Shown piece by piece: positions 60,727-64,000 of a DNA stretch of 64,000 nt (position 1 is its first letter; every line of letters begins with the position of its first letter). A program made the position numbers and the translations under genes. A model generated the notes under the pieces. It worked only from the letters and a program-made list of their open reading frames with translations, searched no databases and was not told the DNA's origin. This DNA comes from Balanoglossus misakiensis (lineage: Eukaryota > Animalia > Hemichordata): NCBI GenBank assembly GCA_040954595.2, contig CM082576.2, positions 1,371,403 through 1,435,402 on the forward strand, read 5' to 3'.

Positions 60727-63700
60727 TCAAGGCATTGTGTTTTCTTTGCACGTCAGTAATGGCGGTAGTCCGCAGAATGGTTGTAACCAAGGCTTTGGTA
60801 TGATTCTGGTCCATGACAACTGATCTTCCACGGGAATTACAGTCCTATGGTGTTCGGCTTTTGCTTCACGGATCAGATTGATAATTTCCATATATTTTAC
60901 GTCAGATGTATCCAGTGCATTGCCTTCACTGGGATCCAACGACAAGTTATATAACAACGGTGGGTCGTGACGTATTGCTTTATGACAAAGACAGGTGAAT
61001 GTCTCGAAACAGCCATGGGTACCCGGGGTCCATCTTGGGGTAGCAAAGTAGGCTTTGTACGTGGAATTGCCTGGTGAATACACAGAAACATTCATCATTA
61101 AAATATCTGACATGCACATTCAGTCTCTGATCGTAATGCTGGCTATGGACTGTATTAAAAGGACTGAAATGATCATTTCTTCTTGTCAGAAAATTCCTTA
61201 TTGTCATCTATGTATTCACTGCATGCGCACTTGTATCACAAATTCCAAAAGCAAACTTACCAAATCGAGGCCTATACCTGGCAGCGTGTATTTCTTTGCC
61301 ACAATAATGAAACATGAATTTATGCGGAGAAACTCTCTCCCTGCCAGTCAACAGTGGCATAATATCTTTTCCGTCCAAAATACAATTTCCAGAAGGCCTT
61401 CCACCAGACAGATATGTAATGGTTGGTAAAATGTCCATTAGGCTTGTTGGTTCGTGGACAACAGTTCCCGCTTTTAGAGCTCGAGGGTAACGTATTGCTG
61501 CAGGAACACGAATGCCACCCTCTGTCGACTGACCTTTACCACCTGCAAGAAATGAAGGGAAAGAGAAATTAGGGAAAAGGAAAAATAAAAGCTTTGCTCC
61601 TCGTCCTTGTGCAATAATGACGAGGGTATTATGAAAAAAGTGTCATTACACAACAGATCATGACGCAAAAAAAAAGGAGAGGGACCGTGAAAGATTCACT
61701 ATAGACCCCAATACCTTTATAGATTCCATTCCATCCACCTTCGTGACGTAGTTCCACGTCTGCGCCATGATCGGATGTGAAATACACAAATGTGTCGTTA
61801 TCAAGTCCAAGTTTATCAAGTGTTTCTAGGATCTGACCAACGCTCCAATCCATCTCCTCCACACAGTCTCCATAGCGACCGTGCAAGCTCATACCTCTAA
61901 ACTTCTCCGAGGTAATTAAGGCCGAATGTGGATGTACATACGCAAGAAATAGGAGAAAACTTTTGTTTTGATTTTGTGTGATAAAATTGACGGCCTCTCG
62001 AGTAAGGCGTGATGTTAACGTCTTCAGTTGAACCGGTTGTTCTATGACTTCGTGGTCTCGCATTAACACACAGTTGAAGACGCCGATACTGCGGACGAGA
62101 CCGATGAGACAACTGGTGATTATCGCTATGACAACGGACATGGCGATCACAACATTCCACGACACGAGATGCATTTCCCTCAAAATTAACAGCGTTGTCA
62201 ACCCGAGGATGGCAACCAGCAAAATGTGGCGGTAAATGTACGGAACACGGTGGACAACCGTTTCCGACTCGTCGTCGGGATCGCAGTCGCGCAAGTTGCC
62301 GTGAGGTAGACCGTAAAAATAATCGAAACCCTGATTTAATGGATGATGGTGATGATCATACCAATTTCGTCGATTTAGACCTTGGTGCCATTTTCCTGGA
62401 ATAAAATAAATGTAAATGTAGGGTCATCGGTGATATTGAATCCTCTGCCGAAAAAGAAGAACATATGGCAAATGTGGGTTGGTTCGATCTTTAATACCAT
62501 TTGCTGATTCTTGGCTGTTCTGTTCTGGGATGTATAGTGTGGCGTACATCCGATAACAGAACAGCCAAGAATGAGCAAAGGTAAAGATCGAGCCAACCCT
62601 ACATCTGATTAAGTAAGATTCAAGATTGCCTGTACTTATGATTCGTTTGCATCTGGTAGTACACATGATTATACAGTACCGATGAAATTAAATTGACTAC
62701 CTATGAGAGCAGTAGAATATCCCACATTCTGAACGATCTCGGCAAACGTGGTTTCGTTTCTTGGAAGGCCTCCACTACAAGATGGGTACGGCAACACCCG
62801 AAACTTGTCTGACACCATGCCTGAAACAATTAAAAAAAACATGTATTGTCGGACCCTCGTCTCAATGTTACGCCTTGTGTTCACAGATGACCAAAAGTAG
62901 GCCTACTCATGCAGCAAAATGCAGAACGAGAACAGCAAAAAAAAAAACGAAGCGAATGTAAAGACGGAGCCTGTATCTACAGCAGATTTTAAACAGAATA
63001 GTTCAACAGACTTGAAGCCACAGAAATGATTGAGAAGATGAGATGGATATCAAAGGAGAATTTGCTGTGAATGGAGACTGATATAATATGAGAAAGTGAT
63101 GAGATATACTGTGTTATTGAACAACTCCTTGTCAATTACGATAGTCCCTCATATATTACTGCCAACGCCTCTCAATCTGCTGGAACTGAATACTGTATGC
63201 CTACAGGCCTTCATGTCCATGTTCACCGTTTTTCCCCGCGTCACACATGCACGTGACACCGTTTTGGGTGACCCCCGTCCCTCGCGTTGGAGCCGCAGAT
63301 CACCAAACAGTAAAACACACGCAAGGTTATCATACACAAAAGCAGGTAAATGGAAATTAAAAATAGTTCTGTGTTCGATAATGAATTGCGAGTTAGAAGG
63401 GTCCATAATCGCAATATTAGACCTACTATTTTCTCAGTAGGTCTTTCAGTACATGTGATAATATGATGGTTTTTTTTTTAATTTCGGTGGTATTTTTATA
63501 TCAATTTGATGGTGTGTTTGTACAAAACGTACAATATCGATGTTGCCATGTAAACATAAAATGAGCAATGGCTTTTAATATTCTTTGTACAACTGAACCA
63601 TTGACTTAAAAATAGATCACTGAATAAGCGTTGATCACGACATACAATGATACACATGGCACTTTACACCGTTGTATTTTGATAGGCTAATAGTCAAATA

Positions 63701-64000
63701 AGGCCTCACATATTTTGATCAACCCATTTGTGTACTCCAAACATGCTCTATTTGAGTTTCCCAATGGGTCAAATAAAATTACAATTTATGAATTATTACG
63801 AATGTGTCTACATGTGAGTAATATTATTCTATTGGGGATTGTGTGTCCGCGAGCTCACCTATGAATACATTAATGCGTAATGATGTACGATGGGGATGTC
63901 CACTTGGACAGATAAAATATAAGAAAATAGATTTTTTTTAAAAGTGAAATACTTTACCTGATCTTATCGGATATCGACCCGTCAAAAAGGCAGCACGACT
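60727..64000 (-). CDS. Steryl-sulfatase/arylsulfatase D-E-F-H-like membrane sulfatase; 5' end lies outside the window
   Basis: Exons >64000-63958 ([15 protein letters not shown], end of the CxPSR signature), 62820-62701, 62395-61715 (GKWH, GFDYFYG, TM hairpin, FTSDHG), 61542-61261 (GGK...[16 protein letters not shown]), 61070-60727 ([12 protein letters not shown]). Confidence 0.9.
62472..62612. mobile_element. Foldback MITE-like element (~140 bp) in a sulfatase intron
   Basis: Imperfect ~55-bp inverted arms ATGTGGGTTGGTTCGATCTTTA...TTTGCTGATTCTTGGCTGTTCTGTT / AACAGAACAGCCAAGAATGAGCAAAGGTAAAGATCGAGCCAACCCTACAT, ending in CTGATTAA. Confidence 0.7.

Noticed and set aside
63096-63440. 114-aa and 85-aa ORFs in the sulfatase intron
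   Set aside because: No recognisable domain or usable splice phase; probably chance.
1-64000. Prokaryotic or phage systems (CRISPR arrays, operons, defence islands), rRNA, tRNA
   Set aside because: The sequence is spliceosomal-intron-rich animal DNA, and I saw no repeat-spacer arrays or recognisable structural RNA genes.

Overview
AT-rich, intron-containing animal DNA, most likely from an invertebrate deuterostome such as a hemichordate (inferred from gene content; no species call is possible). No prokaryotic elements, CRISPR arrays, rRNA or tRNA were seen. Spliced gene models were rebuilt by hand from splice signals and reading-frame phase. In order: a 3'-truncated SMP-domain (extended-synaptotagmin/tricalbin-like) gene; an 80-aa COX8-like mitochondrial microprotein head-to-head with NUSAP1; two tandem paralogous 72-aa Cys-rich membrane microproteins; an intronless peptide-type GPCR; TRAPPC6B head-to-head with ACTMAP (C19orf54), which carries a U12 intron and a GC-AG intron back to back; pinin (PNN), whose 10.9-kb last intron hosts two antisense melatonin-receptor-like GPCRs; an ALKBH1-SLIRP-SNW1-ADCK1 block in the same order and orientation as human 14q24.3; and a 5'-truncated steryl-sulfatase-like gene. 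The best candidates for something undescribed are the 72-aa microprotein pair (possibly alternative terminal exons of one leader), the COX8-like microgene that the ORF track misses, and the nested GPCR pair with a nearby X-box and STAT-type motif array. Gene names come from remembered family motifs, not from database searches.
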